A DNA stretch of 64,000 bases from Vicinamibacteria bacterium (GCA_963422395.1 OY729431.1:768001-832000); one strand, 5' to 3'; numbered from the stretch's first letter, positions 9,972 to 19,797 are shown. Made by a program: numbers and translations. Notes: a model not told the origin generated them from the sequence alone.

Positions 9972-10156
9972 CGCGGAGAAGTCTAGGAGCCTGCGGCAGC
10001 GGCCGGGAATCGCGACTCGGAATCCGGTCCCGACGGCAGCGAAACCGCCTCCAGCCGAAAACAGCTGTTGCGCCCGAGGCTACGGCTCGGGCGCGGCGCA
10101 GCGGGGGAAAGTGTGAAAGGGGGTTTACCCCCGTTCACCGAATAGTGACACCGAAG

Positions 10157-10186
10157 CCGAACTCGCTGCCTCCGGCAGCAGTTCGG
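10157..10186. other. Intergenic stem-loop
   Basis: CCGAACT-C-GCTGCC-TCC-GGCAGC-AGTTCGG: 13-bp stem with a 1-nt bulge. Confidence 0.5.
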
Positions 10187-10205
10187 ATTCGCGGCGCGCA
10201 GCGCC

Positions 10206-10286
10206 GGGCGGTTCGGGAGCGGGGCATCCTCCCTCTTCCCCCAAGAATGCCCGACGCCATCCTGACGCCCCGCTCCCGGACCGCTC
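10206..10286. repeat. REP-like inverted doublet (GGGAGCGGGGC family)
   Basis: 10206-10225 pairs with 10267-10286 (18/20) and is a perfect 20/20 inverted match to 34564-34583. Confidence 0.75.
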
Positions 10287-10319
10287 AGTCTCAGTCTCGG
10301 TCTCAGTCTCAGTCTCGGC
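10284..10319. repeat. Hexamer tandem repeat (CTCRGT)x6
   Basis: ctcagt ctcagt ctcggt ctcagt ctcagt ctcggc, i.e. an 18-bp unit duplicated, about 25 nt upstream of the symporter start. Confidence 0.85.
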
Positions 10320-10344
10320 CCCGGGTTCCGTTACGGTTCCCGAA

Positions 10345-12111
10345 GTGTCGTTCTCGGGGCTCGACTGGATCGTCTTTTCGTTCTGTCTCACGGTGGCACT
10401 CGGGGTCGGTTTCGCCGCGGCGCGGACCGCGGGGGCCGACGCCAACTCCTTCTTCCTCGCCGGCCGCCGTCTCCCGTGGTGGATTCTCGGCACCTCGATG
10501 GTGGCGACGACCTTTTCCACCGACACCCCGAACCTGGTCGCCGAACTGGTCCGGCAGAACGGAGTCGCCGCGAACTGGACCTGGTGGGCGTTCTGCCTCA
10601 CGGGGATGCTCACCGTCTTCGTCTTCGCGCCGCTCTGGCGCAGGAGCGGCCTCTCGACCGATCTCGGCTTCTACGAGATTCGCTACGCCGGCCGGCCGGC
10701 GGCCTTCCTGCGCGGCTTTCGCGCCCTCTACCTCGGGGTCTTCTTCAACTGCGTCGTCATCGCTACCGTGACTCTCGCCGGAGCCAAGATCGCGGGGGTC
10801 CTGTTCGGTCTGGAAAAGGGGACGGCGATCCTCGCGGCGGGCGCGCTCGCCGCCGCCTACGCGGTGGCCGCCGGCTTCTGGGGGGTGGTGGTCACCGACC
10901 TGCTGCAGTTCGTGATCTCGCTGGCCGGTGCGCTCGTCGCCGCGGTCTGGGCGCTCGATCACCCGGCGGTGGGAGGGCTCTCCGGAATCGCCGAGCGCTT
11001 CGGCGACCACCTGGCTCTGGTGCCTCCCCCGGGGAGCGAAGCCTTCGCGGTGCTCTTCATCGTTCCGGTGGCTCTTCAGTGGTGGAGCGTCTGGTATCCC
11101 GGGGCCGAACCCGGCGGCGGCGGCTATATCGCCCAGCGGATGCTCGCCGCCCGGAGCGAGCGGGACGCGCTCTTCGGAACCCTGTGGTTCAACATCGCCC
11201 ACTACGCCCTGAGGCCCTGGCCGTGGATCCTGGTCGCGCTGGCATCGCTCGCGGTGTATCCCGATCTCGCGTCGCTGCGGCAGGCGCTCCCCGGTCTCGA
11301 CCCCGCGCTCGTCGGCGACGATCTGGCCTATCCGCTGATGCTCCGACTCCTGCCGCCGGGGCTTCTCGGGCTGGCCGCGGCTTCGCTCCTCGGCGCCTAC
11401 ATGTCCACCGTGGACACCCATTTGAACTGGGGCGCGTCCTATCTGGTGGAGGATGTCTACCGGCGATTCCTCCGGCCCGGCGCGCCGGCGCGCGAGTCGG
11501 TGATGGTGGCCCGGATCGCTACTGTCCTGCTGATGACCGCAGCGGGGTTCCTGACCATGGCTCTCGACACCGCGCTGAGCGGCTTCGGGCTCCTCTTGCA
11601 GATCGGCGCCGGTACCGGGCTGCTCTTCATCGCCCGCTGGCTTTGGTGGCGGATCAATGCCTGGAGCGAGATCGCCGCGATGGCAGGTTCGCTCCTCACC
11701 GCGGTGTCTCTCCCGGTGTTCGGAATCGCGCCGGGTTCGATTCCCGGCCTCGTCCTCGGACTCGGAGTGACGACCGCCATCTGGTTGGGCGTCACTCTCC
11801 TCACTCCGCCGGAGCCCGCCGCGGCGCTGGACCGGTTCGTTCGCCGGACCCGACCGCCAGCCGCTGGCTGGAAGGCTGCCTATCGCGGTACCGGTCTCGA
11901 TGCCGCCCCGTCGGGACGGGCGTTCGCCGCCTGGCCGGTCGCCTGCGTTATGGTCTATTCGGTGCTCTTCGGGACCGCGGCGCTGCTCTTCGGCCGGGGC
12001 GCCGCGGCCGTGACCGGCTGGACGGCGCTCGCGCTCGGTGCGGCGGTGCTGCTCGTCCGGTTGCTTCGCCGGCCCTCTCCCGAAACCGCTGTCCCGAAAC
12101 CCTTCCCTTGA
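10345..12111 (+). CDS. Sodium:solute symporter (SSS family, PutP-like)
   Basis: FFLAGRRLPWW, SMVATTFSTDTP, TDLLQF, QRMLAARSE, AYMSTVDTHLNWGASY. Confidence 0.92.
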   Translation: MSFSGLDWIVFSFCLTVALGVGFAAARTAGADANSFFLAGRRLPWWILGTSMVATTFSTDTPNLVAELVRQNGVAANWTWWAFCLTGMLTVFVFAPLWRRSGLSTDLGFYEIRYAGRPAAFLRGFRALYLGVFFNCVVIATVTLAGAKIAGVLFGLEKGTAILAAGALAAAYAVAAGFWGVVVTDLLQFVISLAGALVAAVWALDHPAVGGLSGIAERFGDHLALVPPPGSEAFAVLFIVPVALQWWSVWYPGAEPGGGGYIAQRMLAARSERDALFGTLWFNIAHYALRPWPWILVALASLAVYPDLASLRQALPGLDPALVGDDLAYPLMLRLLPPGLLGLAAASLLGAYMSTVDTHLNWGASYLVEDVYRRFLRPGAPARESVMVARIATVLLMTAAGFLTMALDTALSGFGLLLQIGAGTGLLFIARWLWWRINAWSEIAAMAGSLLTAVSLPVFGIAPGSIPGLVLGLGVTTAIWLGVTLLTPPEPAAALDRFVRRTRPPAAGWKAAYRGTGLDAAPSGRAFAAWPVACVMVYSVLFGTAALLFGRGAAAVTGWTALALGAAVLLVRLLRRPSPETAVPKPFP

Positions 12112-12147
12112 AGTCGTTGATCCGAAAAACTTTTTGGCGTCCGCGGA

Positions 12148-13272
12148 TCAGAAACGGCGGCGAAGAGTGTCCCGGTCGATGAGTCGGACTCGGGCCTCGA
12201 GTTCCTGCCCCTCGCGCCAGAGCAGCAGCGCCACCTCGTCGCCCACCCGATAGTTGGTTTCCAGCAGCAGCATGAGCTCGCGTTCTTTTTCCACTCTCCG
12301 GCCATCCACCGCGAGCAGGTAGTCGCCGCCGTAGCGAATCCGCAAGTTGCCGAGGCGCGCCGTCCGTCCGGCCCCCCGGAGCCCGGCCCGGTCGGCAGGT
12401 CCGCCCCGCGCCACCGCGCGGACCATCAGGCCGCCCCCGTCGGGGGCGGCGATCCCGGCGCGGCGAAAGGCCCGGGCGAAGCGGTGCGGCACTTCCTGGA
12501 GCGAGAGGGCCAGGTGTGGGTGGGGGTAGCGGCCGCTGCGGATCAGCTCGGGCACCACCCGCGCCACCGTCGCCGAGGGGATGGCGTAACCGATCCCCGT
12601 CGAGGTGCCGGTGGGGCTCACGATGGCGCTGTTCACGCCCACCACCCGGCCGTCCAGATCGAGCAGCGGCCCTCCCGAATTCCCGGAGTTGATGGCGGCG
12701 TCGGTCTGGATGATCTCGCCGATGAAGCGGCGGTCGGGGCTTGCGATCACCCGGCCGAGTCCGCTCACCACTCCGGTGGTGAGCGTCTGGTCGAGGCCGA
12801 AGGGGTGGCCGAGCGCGACCACGAAGCGGCCGACTTCGAGCGCTTCGGAATCGCCCAGGATCAGGGGCGCAGGCTCGTCGGCACCCGGGGCGACCCGGAT
12901 GACGGCCAGGTCGTTCGTCGGATCGGCGCCGACGAGTTGCGCGTCGCGCACCTCGCCGCTGCGGAAGGTGACCTGGAGCTGGTCCGCCGCTTCCACCACA
13001 TGGAAGTTCGTGACGATGTGGCCGTCTCCGTCGTAGAGGAAGCCGGATCCCGAACCCTGCTGGATCACCGGGCCGCGGAACCACTCGTAACCCTGGGTCT
13101 CCGAGGTGATGTTCACGACTGCCGGACTCGCAGTGCGGTGGACCGCGGATACCCGCCGCTCGAGTTCGATCTGCGGAGCCGCCCCGGCGGCCGGGAAAGC
13201 ACCGAGAAGCCAGAGCGCGGCGGCAGTTCGCCGGGTTGCCGGACCGGTGCGGGAACTCGCGGACGGCGCCAT
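12148..13272 (-). CDS. HtrA/DegQ-like trypsin serine protease with PDZ domain
   Basis: GSGSGF, TNFHVV, DLAVI, IQTDAAINSGNSGGPL, PDZ GGPADRAGL. Start approximate. Confidence 0.92.
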   Translation of the reverse strand: MAPSASSRTGPATRRTAAALWLLGAFPAAGAAPQIELERRVSAVHRTASPAVVNITSETQGYEWFRGPVIQQGSGSGFLYDGDGHIVTNFHVVEAADQLQVTFRSGEVRDAQLVGADPTNDLAVIRVAPGADEPAPLILGDSEALEVGRFVVALGHPFGLDQTLTTGVVSGLGRVIASPDRRFIGEIIQTDAAINSGNSGGPLLDLDGRVVGVNSAIVSPTGTSTGIGYAIPSATVARVVPELIRSGRYPHPHLALSLQEVPHRFARAFRRAGIAAPDGGGLMVRAVARGGPADRAGLRGAGRTARLGNLRIRYGGDYLLAVDGRRVEKERELMLLLETNYRVGDEVALLLWREGQELEARVRLIDRDTLRRRF

Positions 13273-13296
13273 GCCTTCCGCCCTGTTACGATTTTC

Positions 13297-13315
13297 GATC
13301 ATGGAATCCATTTTC
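13297..13315. promoter_or_regulatory. Fur-box-like operator
   Basis: GATCATGGAATCCATTTTC matches GATAATGATAATCATTATC at 13/19 positions; AT-rich island 3 nt upstream of the Fe-binding protein ATG. Confidence 0.55.
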
Positions 13316-13318
13316 AAG

Positions 13319-14323
13319 ATGGCGGCGCACCGATGGACGCCGGCAGCCGCAATTGTCCTCATCGGAACCGTCGGCTGCAGCGGCCCCGAGGGTCCCGAAT
13401 CCTTGACGATCTACTGCGGTCGGGGCGAGTCGCTCGTCGGTCCGGTGGTCGAAGGCTTCCAGGCGGAGACCGGGATCCCGGTGGAGGTCCGCTACGGCGG
13501 CAGCGCCGATCTGGCGGCCCAGATCCTCGAGGAAGGCGATCGGAGCCCTGCCGATGTGTACTACGGGCAGGACGCCGGAGCGCTCGGTCAGCTGGCGGGC
13601 GAGGGGCGGCTGCGCCCCCTCTCGGACGCCGTCCTCGGCCGGGTGCCGGAGCGGTTCCGCGATCCCGGCGGCCGCTGGGTGGGCACCACCGGCCGGGCCC
13701 GGGTGTTCGTGTACAACACCCAGCTCCTCACTCCCGAGGAGGTCCCCGACACGATCGCCGGCTTGACCGATCCCCGCTGGAAGGGGCGGATCGGCTGGGC
13801 GCCGACCAACGGGTCGTTCCAGGCGTTCGTCACCGCGGTCCGGCTGCTCGAAGGCGAAGAGGCGGCGCGGGAGTGGCTCACCGGGATCTTGGCGAACGAA
13901 CCCACCGCGTATCCCAACAATATGGCGATCTATCAGGCGGTCGCGGACGGCGAGGTCGAGATCGCCCTCTCGAACCACTACTACCTGTTCCGCTTCCTCG
14001 CGCAACGGGGAGAGGACTTCCCCGCCCGCACGGTGAGCCCGCGCGGCGGCGGCGCCGGCGGGCTGATCAACATCTCGGGGGGCGGAGTGGTGGACACCGC
14101 CCGGAATCCGGAGGCCGCCGAGCGCTTCCTCGCCTACCTGCTCACCGAAGAGGTCCAGCAGCGCTTCGCCGGCGAAACCTTCGAGTACCCGCTGGTTCCC
14201 GGAGTCACCACCGATCCGAGGGTGACCCCGCTCTCGGAGATCCGCCCGCCGGATCTCGCCCTCGGCGATCTCGAAGACCTGCGGGGAACGCTCGATCTGC
14301 TCCGCGAGGCGGGAGCGATCTAG
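13319..14323 (+). CDS. Fe3+ ABC transporter substrate-binding lipoprotein (FbpA/FutA/AfuA)
   Basis: Lipobox TVGC; LTIYCGR, EGDRSPADV, WKGRIGWAPTNGSFQ, NHYYLFR (iron-ligand YY), FEYPL. Confidence 0.92.
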   Translation: MAAHRWTPAAAIVLIGTVGCSGPEGPESLTIYCGRGESLVGPVVEGFQAETGIPVEVRYGGSADLAAQILEEGDRSPADVYYGQDAGALGQLAGEGRLRPLSDAVLGRVPERFRDPGGRWVGTTGRARVFVYNTQLLTPEEVPDTIAGLTDPRWKGRIGWAPTNGSFQAFVTAVRLLEGEEAAREWLTGILANEPTAYPNNMAIYQAVADGEVEIALSNHYYLFRFLAQRGEDFPARTVSPRGGGAGGLINISGGGVVDTARNPEAAERFLAYLLTEEVQQRFAGETFEYPLVPGVTTDPRVTPLSEIRPPDLALGDLEDLRGTLDLLREAGAI

Positions 14324-14355
14324 CAGCCCGTGTGACTTCGTCCCCGGGCTGCTGA
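14321..14355. mobile_element. Minimal remnant of the MITE family seen at 28874-29096
   Basis: TAGCAGCCCG...CGGGCTGCT arms; CCGTGTGACTTcGTcCcCgGGCTGCT aligns to the MITE right end CCGTGTGACTTtGTtCaCaGGCTGCT. Confidence 0.6.
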
Positions 14356-14413
14356 CTGAGCCCTTCGCCCCGTCTCCTTCGCGGGGGGAGGGCAAACCCC
14401 GGCGGTTCGGCGC

Positions 14414-16066
14414 ATGGCGGCGATGAGCGATTCCGCTTGGCGGGGGCGTAATCCCTCTCCGTTCCTCCGGGGTGCCGGCCTGCTGGTCGGGGCGCTGTGC
14501 CTGCTCCCGCTCCTCTATCTCGCCGTCCGGGCGCTGGCCGGCGGCGGACTCCTCGAAGTCCTGCTCCGCGAGCGTAGCCTTGCCGTCGCCGGGCGCACGC
14601 TCACGCTGTCGGTATCCGTCGCCCTCGCGTCGGCGGCGCTGGGACTCCCGCTCGCCTGGCTCAGCTCGCGCACCGACCTGCCGGCCCGGAGGCTGCTCAC
14701 CGTCCTGCTGGCGCTGCCCCTCGCCGTGCCCTCGTATGTCGCCGCGTTCGCGGCGGCCACCGCGCTCGGCCCGCGCGGACTGTTGCAGCGCGCCCTCGAA
14801 CCCCTGACCGGCATCGAGCGGCTGCCCGAGATCTACGGTTTCCCCGGTGCCTTCCTGGTGCTCGCGCTGCTCAACTATCCGTATGTCTATCTGGCGGCGC
14901 GCGCTCGGTTCGCGGTGCTGGACGATTCGCTCACCGACGCCGGAAGGGTGCTCGGCGCCGGTCCGCTGCGGCGGCTCCGGCGGATCACCCTGCCGCTCGT
15001 TTCCGGTGCGCTGCTCTCGGGAGGGCTCCTCGCCGCTCTCTACACCCTGAGCGATTTCGGTGCGGTTTCGCTGCTCCGTTACGAAACCTTCACCTGGGCG
15101 ATCTACCTCCAGGTCCGGAGTTCGCTGGACCGCCATACCGCTGCCGGGCTCGCGCTGCTGCTGGTGTTCGCGACGCTGCTGGTGCTCGCCGCCGCGCGGC
15201 GCTTCGAAGCTCGATCGATCCCGGCGGCGACTTCCGCCGTCCGTTCCCGCCCGCCCCGGGTAGTCCCCCTGGGGCGCTGGAAGTGGCCGGCGCTCCTCGG
15301 CTGCCTGCTGGTGCTCGGGCCGGCACTCGGGCTGCCGATCGGGGTCTGTCTCTACTGGCTCCACGAGGCCCCCGCCCATGCGGCGGCGGGTCTGCTTCCG
15401 GCGCTCTCCCGCACCGGGCTCGCATCGCTCGCCGCCGCGCTCGCCACCACCGCGCTGGCGATCCCGGTGGCGTTCCTCGCGGTCCGGTTCCCCTCGCGGG
15501 AGAGCTCGGTGCTGAAGGCGGTGTCCCACATCGGGTTCGGTCTGCCGGGGCTGGTGGTCGGCCTGTCGCTGGTGTTCTTCGCGGTGCAGCTGGCACCGTT
15601 CCTCTACCAGACTCTGGCGCTGCTGGTATTCGCCTACGCCGTCCACTCGCTGCCGCAGGCGCTCGCTCCGGCGGAAGCCGCTCTCGCCTCGATCAGCCCC
15701 CGGCTCGAAGACGCGGCGCGGTCGCTCGGCGCCCGCTCGGTCCGCCGGCATCTGCGGGTGACGCTCCCGCTGCTGCGTCCCGGCCTCGCCTCGGCGTTGG
15801 CGCTCGTTTTCCTGACCACGGTGAAGGAGTTGCCCGCGACCCTGATGCTCGCGCCCACCGGCTTCCGCACCCTGGCGACCACGGTCTGGAACGCCGCCGA
15901 GAATGTGGAATTCGGACGCGCCGCGGCGGCTTCGCTGGCCCTGCTGGGCTGCTCGGCGCTGGCGCTGCTCTTCGTGCTCCGGGACAGCCCCAGCCGGCGG
16001 CTGACCCTTCCCGCCGAAGTGCCGAAAGCGTCCCGGCTTCGCTCGCCGGGGCACCCTCGACCGTGA
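14414..16066 (+). CDS. Fe3+ ABC transporter permease (FbpB)
   Basis: Two EAA-loop repeats; LPLAVPSYV, LSDFGAV, KELPATL motifs. Confidence 0.93.
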   Translation: MAAMSDSAWRGRNPSPFLRGAGLLVGALCLLPLLYLAVRALAGGGLLEVLLRERSLAVAGRTLTLSVSVALASAALGLPLAWLSSRTDLPARRLLTVLLALPLAVPSYVAAFAAATALGPRGLLQRALEPLTGIERLPEIYGFPGAFLVLALLNYPYVYLAARARFAVLDDSLTDAGRVLGAGPLRRLRRITLPLVSGALLSGGLLAALYTLSDFGAVSLLRYETFTWAIYLQVRSSLDRHTAAGLALLLVFATLLVLAAARRFEARSIPAATSAVRSRPPRVVPLGRWKWPALLGCLLVLGPALGLPIGVCLYWLHEAPAHAAAGLLPALSRTGLASLAAALATTALAIPVAFLAVRFPSRESSVLKAVSHIGFGLPGLVVGLSLVFFAVQLAPFLYQTLALLVFAYAVHSLPQALAPAEAALASISPRLEDAARSLGARSVRRHLRVTLPLLRPGLASALALVFLTTVKELPATLMLAPTGFRTLATTVWNAAENVEFGRAAAASLALLGCSALALLFVLRDSPSRRLTLPAEVPKASRLRSPGHPRP

Positions 16067-17193
16067 CTGCAGAGCGAAACGGCGCGCAGCCGGCGCTCCG
16101 TTGCCGCGGCCTCGAAAAGCGTTTTCCGAGCGGGAGCGGGCGCCGGGTTCTCGCGGGAGTGGACCTGGCGCTCGCCGGCGGCAGCCTGCTGGCGGTTCTG
16201 GGCCCGAGCGGCGGCGGCAAGACGACGCTGTTGCGGCTCATCGCCGGGCTCGATGCTCCGGATGCGGGCCGGGTGGAGCTTTGGGGGTGCGAAGTGAGCG
16301 GGCCGGGAGTCTTCGTGCCGCCGGAGTCGCGCCGGGTGGGATTCGTCTTCCAGGACTACGCGCTGTTCCCGCACCTGACCGCGCTCGAGAACACGGCGTT
16401 CGGAACTCCGGGTCCGGCGGGGCTCGCGCGGGCCTGGGGAGCGCTGCAGCGGGTGGGCCTCTCGGAGGTGGCGGCGCAGCGGCCTCACGAACTCTCCGGG
16501 GGGGAGCAACAGCGGGTGGCGCTGGCGCGGGCGCTCGCCCCCGAGCCTGCGATCGTGCTCCTCGACGAGCCGTTCTCGAACCTGGACGCGCCGCGGCGTG
16601 CCGGGGTCCGCGACGAAGTGGCGCAGCTGCTCCGCCGCCTCGGAACGACGGCGGTGCTCGTGACCCACGACCGCGAAGAGGCGTTCGGGCTCGCCGACCG
16701 GGTCGCGCTGCTCCTCGACGGCCGGGTGGTCCGCGTCGGGCGCCCCGAGGAACTCGCGCGGGATCCCGGCAGCCGGAAGGCAGCGTGCTTCCTCGGAGAG
16801 ACGAACTTCCTGCCGGGGGAGAGCGACGGGCGAAGCGCCGCCTGCGAGATCGGGCGGGTCGAGCTGCTTTCACCGCTCGCGGGCGGACCGGCGCCGCGCG
16901 GCGCGGTGGAGGTTCTGCTTCCGCTCGACGGCCTGATCGTCGAAAACTCACCTGCCGAAACCCTGCCTGCCGGACCCTTGCCCGCTGGGCGGGGCGGCGC
17001 GGTCGCAGCGGAGCTGACCCGGGCCTCGTTCCACGGAGCCTTCCAGCTGCTCGAAGCCCGGCTTCCCTCGGGGGGAAGCGTCTGCGTCCGCTCGCCGGCC
17101 CGTGAGGCCTGGCAGCGGCCTTGGCGTCCCGGCCAGCGGGTCGGTCTCCGGGTCGCGGGCCCGGTACCGGCTTTCCCGCGGGAGGAGTCTTGA
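16063..17193 (+). CDS. Fe3+ ABC transporter ATP-binding protein (FbpC)
   Basis: GTGA overlap with permease; GPSGGGKT, FQDYALFPHL, LSGGEQQR, LLDEPFSNLD; TOBE-like C-terminus. Confidence 0.93.
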   Translation: MTAERNGAQPALRCRGLEKRFPSGSGRRVLAGVDLALAGGSLLAVLGPSGGGKTTLLRLIAGLDAPDAGRVELWGCEVSGPGVFVPPESRRVGFVFQDYALFPHLTALENTAFGTPGPAGLARAWGALQRVGLSEVAAQRPHELSGGEQQRVALARALAPEPAIVLLDEPFSNLDAPRRAGVRDEVAQLLRRLGTTAVLVTHDREEAFGLADRVALLLDGRVVRVGRPEELARDPGSRKAACFLGETNFLPGESDGRSAACEIGRVELLSPLAGGPAPRGAVEVLLPLDGLIVENSPAETLPAGPLPAGRGGAVAAELTRASFHGAFQLLEARLPSGGSVCVRSPAREAWQRPWRPGQRVGLRVAGPVPAFPREES

Positions 17194-17342
17194 CTTCCGG
17201 CAGCTGATCCGAGAGGGCGCCGCAAGGGTGCCGTCTGCTCCGCCCGGAGAGGGTTCGCCGCCATCCTCCTCGCCGTTCCCTGTTTGACAGACAGGAGGGC
17301 GTCCGCCGAGAATTCCGCACGGGGGAGGGAGCCGAGGAGCGG

Positions 17343-18209
17343 ATGATGTCGAAACGGCGGCTGCTCGGCCTTCCGCTCGCGGCGGCGGCGGCCTGCGGCG
17401 GCGGGGAACCCGCCGACCATCCCTGGAATGCGCTCGACGCCGAGCGGCCGATTGCGGCGGCGGACAGCGTGTTCCTCGAGGAACTCACCTGGATGGAGGT
17501 ACGGGACCGGATCGCCGGCGGTGCGGCGACCGCGATCGTGGCGACCGGCGGCATCGAGCAGAACGGGCCGTATGTGGTCACCGGGAAACACAATGTGGTG
17601 CTGCGGGCGACCACCGAGGCCATCGCGCGGCGGCTCGGCGATGCGCTCGTGGCCCCTATCGTGGATCTGGTTCCCGAAGGCGGCCACGACCCGCCCACCG
17701 GGCACATGCGCTATCCGGGCACCATCGGCCTCAGCGGCGAGACCTTCGAGCTGCTGCTCACCGATGTGGCGCGGAGCCTCGCAGTGAGCGGGTTCACCGA
17801 GGTGATGCTGATCGGCGACAGCGGCGGCAACCAGCGCGGCATGGCGGCGGTGGCGGAGCGCTGGAACGCCGCCCCGCCCCACCCGGGAACCCGCCTCCAC
17901 CACCTTCCCGAGTACTACTCCGAGGACCTGTGGAGCTACGAGCAGCTCCAGGAGCTCGGCATCCATCAGTCGCCGGCAGTGCAGTCGGCCTCGCGCGCCG
18001 GCATCCACGACGACTACCACTACGACGCCATCATGGCGACGGTGGACCCCGGCTCGATCCGCACCCGCGAGCGCCGGGCGGCGGGGCTGTTCTCGATCAA
18101 CGGGGTCCCGCTCGACCCCCTCGACCGCACCGTCGCGAACGGCCACGCGCTCGTCGCCCGCCGCGCGGAGATCACGATCGCCGCCTTTCGGAAGTCGCTC
18201 GCCCGCTGA
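17343..18209 (+). CDS. Creatininase-family lipoprotein (divergent metal ligands)
   Basis: LEELTWMEVRD, GGIEQNGPY, HMRYPGTI, IGDSGGNQ; lipobox AAAC. Confidence 0.85.
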   Translation: MMSKRRLLGLPLAAAAACGGGEPADHPWNALDAERPIAAADSVFLEELTWMEVRDRIAGGAATAIVATGGIEQNGPYVVTGKHNVVLRATTEAIARRLGDALVAPIVDLVPEGGHDPPTGHMRYPGTIGLSGETFELLLTDVARSLAVSGFTEVMLIGDSGGNQRGMAAVAERWNAAPPHPGTRLHHLPEYYSEDLWSYEQLQELGIHQSPAVQSASRAGIHDDYHYDAIMATVDPGSIRTRERRAAGLFSINGVPLDPLDRTVANGHALVARRAEITIAAFRKSLAR

Positions 18210-18273
18210 CCCGCCCGCGGCGTTGGCAGCCGGCGGGGCGGGGGATGCGGGCGGCTATTCCTGGCTTCTGGTC

Positions 18274-19797
18274 CTAGCTTCTGGCCCGCCCGGAAGCGAG
18301 CCGCGGCCAGAGCGGCGCGCCGGCAGCGGTGACGAGCGTCCGGCCGCCGTTCCAGGCCGCATCTTCATCCAGCGACGGCGCCCGGGAGACACCACCTCCC
18401 AGCCGTTCGAGGATCCGGGCGCAGGACTGCGGCATCACCGGATGGAGCAGGACGGCGGCGATCCGGGTTGCTTCGGCGGCCTCGTAGAGCGTCTCGTCGA
18501 GTGCGGCAGCCGCCTCCGGGTCCTTCGCCAGCGTCCAGGGGGCGCGTTCCGTGAGGAATTCGTTCACCGCGCCCACGATCCTGAAGGCAGCGCCCGCCCC
18601 TTCGTGGAGGCGGAGTGCTTCCATGGAGCCGCGGTAGTCGGCGGCGGCCGCCGCTGCGAGGTCCGGCAGCCGTGAGCGCGCGGAGGGCGAGAGGCGCCCT
18701 CCGCGGTAGCGGCCCGCCATCGAGGTGATCCGGCTCACCAGGTTGCCGAGCGCGTTCGCGAGGTCGGCGTCGTAGCGGGCCTCGAAGCGGTCCCAGGAGA
18801 AGTCGCCGTCCTGGCCGTAGGGGATCTCGCGGACCAGGAAGAGGCGCAGCGGGTCGGGGCCGAAGTGGTCGCTCGCTTCGAGCGGGTCCACCGCGGTGCC
18901 GAGCGACTTGCTCATCCGCTCGCCCTGGAAGTTCACGAAGCCGTGCCCGAAGACCTGGCGCGGGATGGGGAGCCCCGCCGCCATCAGCATCGCCGGCCAG
19001 ATCACTGCGTGGAAACGGGTGATGTCCTTTCCCACGATGTGGAGGTCGGCGGGCCAGCGCTCGTCCCAGCCTGCGGCCTCCTCCCCGTACCCGGTCGCAG
19101 AGAGGTAGTTGACGAGTGCGTCGAACCACACATAGACGACGCTCCGGTCGTCGAAGGGCACCGGGATTCCCCAGCCGAGCCCCGGTCGGCTGACCGAGAG
19201 ATCCAGAAGGCCCGCTTCGAGGACATTCCTGAGCTCGTTGCGCCGGGTTTCGGGTTCGAGGAAACCGGGCTGTTCGTCATAGAGCGCGAGTAGCCGGTCG
19301 CGGTAGGCCGAAAGGCGGAAGAAGTGGTTTCCCTCGGAGATCCAGTCGGGCTTCGACCGGTGGAGCGGGCAGAAGCCGTCCTCGAGATCCTTCTCCTGCT
19401 TGAACGCCTCGCAGGAGACGCAATACCAGCCCTCGTAGGTCCCCTCGTAGAGGTCTCCCCGGGCCCGGATCGCCTCAAGCAGTTTCCGTACCCCGAGCTG
19501 GTGGCGCCGTTCGGTGGTGCGGATGAAGTCGTCGAAGGAGATGTCGAGCTTCGCCCACACCGCGCGGAAGGTGTCCTCCATCTTCCCGCAGTAGTCGAGC
19601 GGATCGAGGCCCTGCTCCGCCGCCCGCCGCCGCACATTCAGCGAGTGCTCGTCGGCGCCCATCAGGAAGTGGGTCCGGTATCCCGCACTCCGCTTGAAGC
19701 GGGCGATCACATCGGCGGTGATCTTCTCGTAGGCGGTTCCCAGATGCGGCGGGGAGTTCACATAGTCGATCGCAGTGGTGAGATAGAAGCGGGACAC
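18274..19797 (-). CDS. metG: Methionine--tRNA ligase (short form, no C-terminal tRNA-binding domain)
   Basis: FYLTTAIDYVN.PPHLGT, GADEH, FIRTT, CVSC...CPLH knuckle, YVWFDAL, GKDITRFH, RMSKS, NALGNL; GTG start at 19797. Confidence 0.96.
   Translation of the reverse strand: MSRFYLTTAIDYVNSPPHLGTAYEKITADVIARFKRSAGYRTHFLMGADEHSLNVRRRAAEQGLDPLDYCGKMEDTFRAVWAKLDISFDDFIRTTERRHQLGVRKLLEAIRARGDLYEGTYEGWYCVSCEAFKQEKDLEDGFCPLHRSKPDWISEGNHFFRLSAYRDRLLALYDEQPGFLEPETRRNELRNVLEAGLLDLSVSRPGLGWGIPVPFDDRSVVYVWFDALVNYLSATGYGEEAAGWDERWPADLHIVGKDITRFHAVIWPAMLMAAGLPIPRQVFGHGFVNFQGERMSKSLGTAVDPLEASDHFGPDPLRLFLVREIPYGQDGDFSWDRFEARYDADLANALGNLVSRITSMAGRYRGGRLSPSARSRLPDLAAAAAADYRGSMEALRLHEGAGAAFRIVGAVNEFLTERAPWTLAKDPEAAAALDETLYEAAEATRIAAVLLHPVMPQSCARILERLGGGVSRAPSLDEDAAWNGGRTLVTAAGAPLWPRLASGRARS

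Noticed and set aside
17194-17342. Possible riboswitch upstream of the creatininase gene
   Set aside because: Small hairpins only; no cobalamin, TPP, glycine or SAM consensus recognisable by eye.
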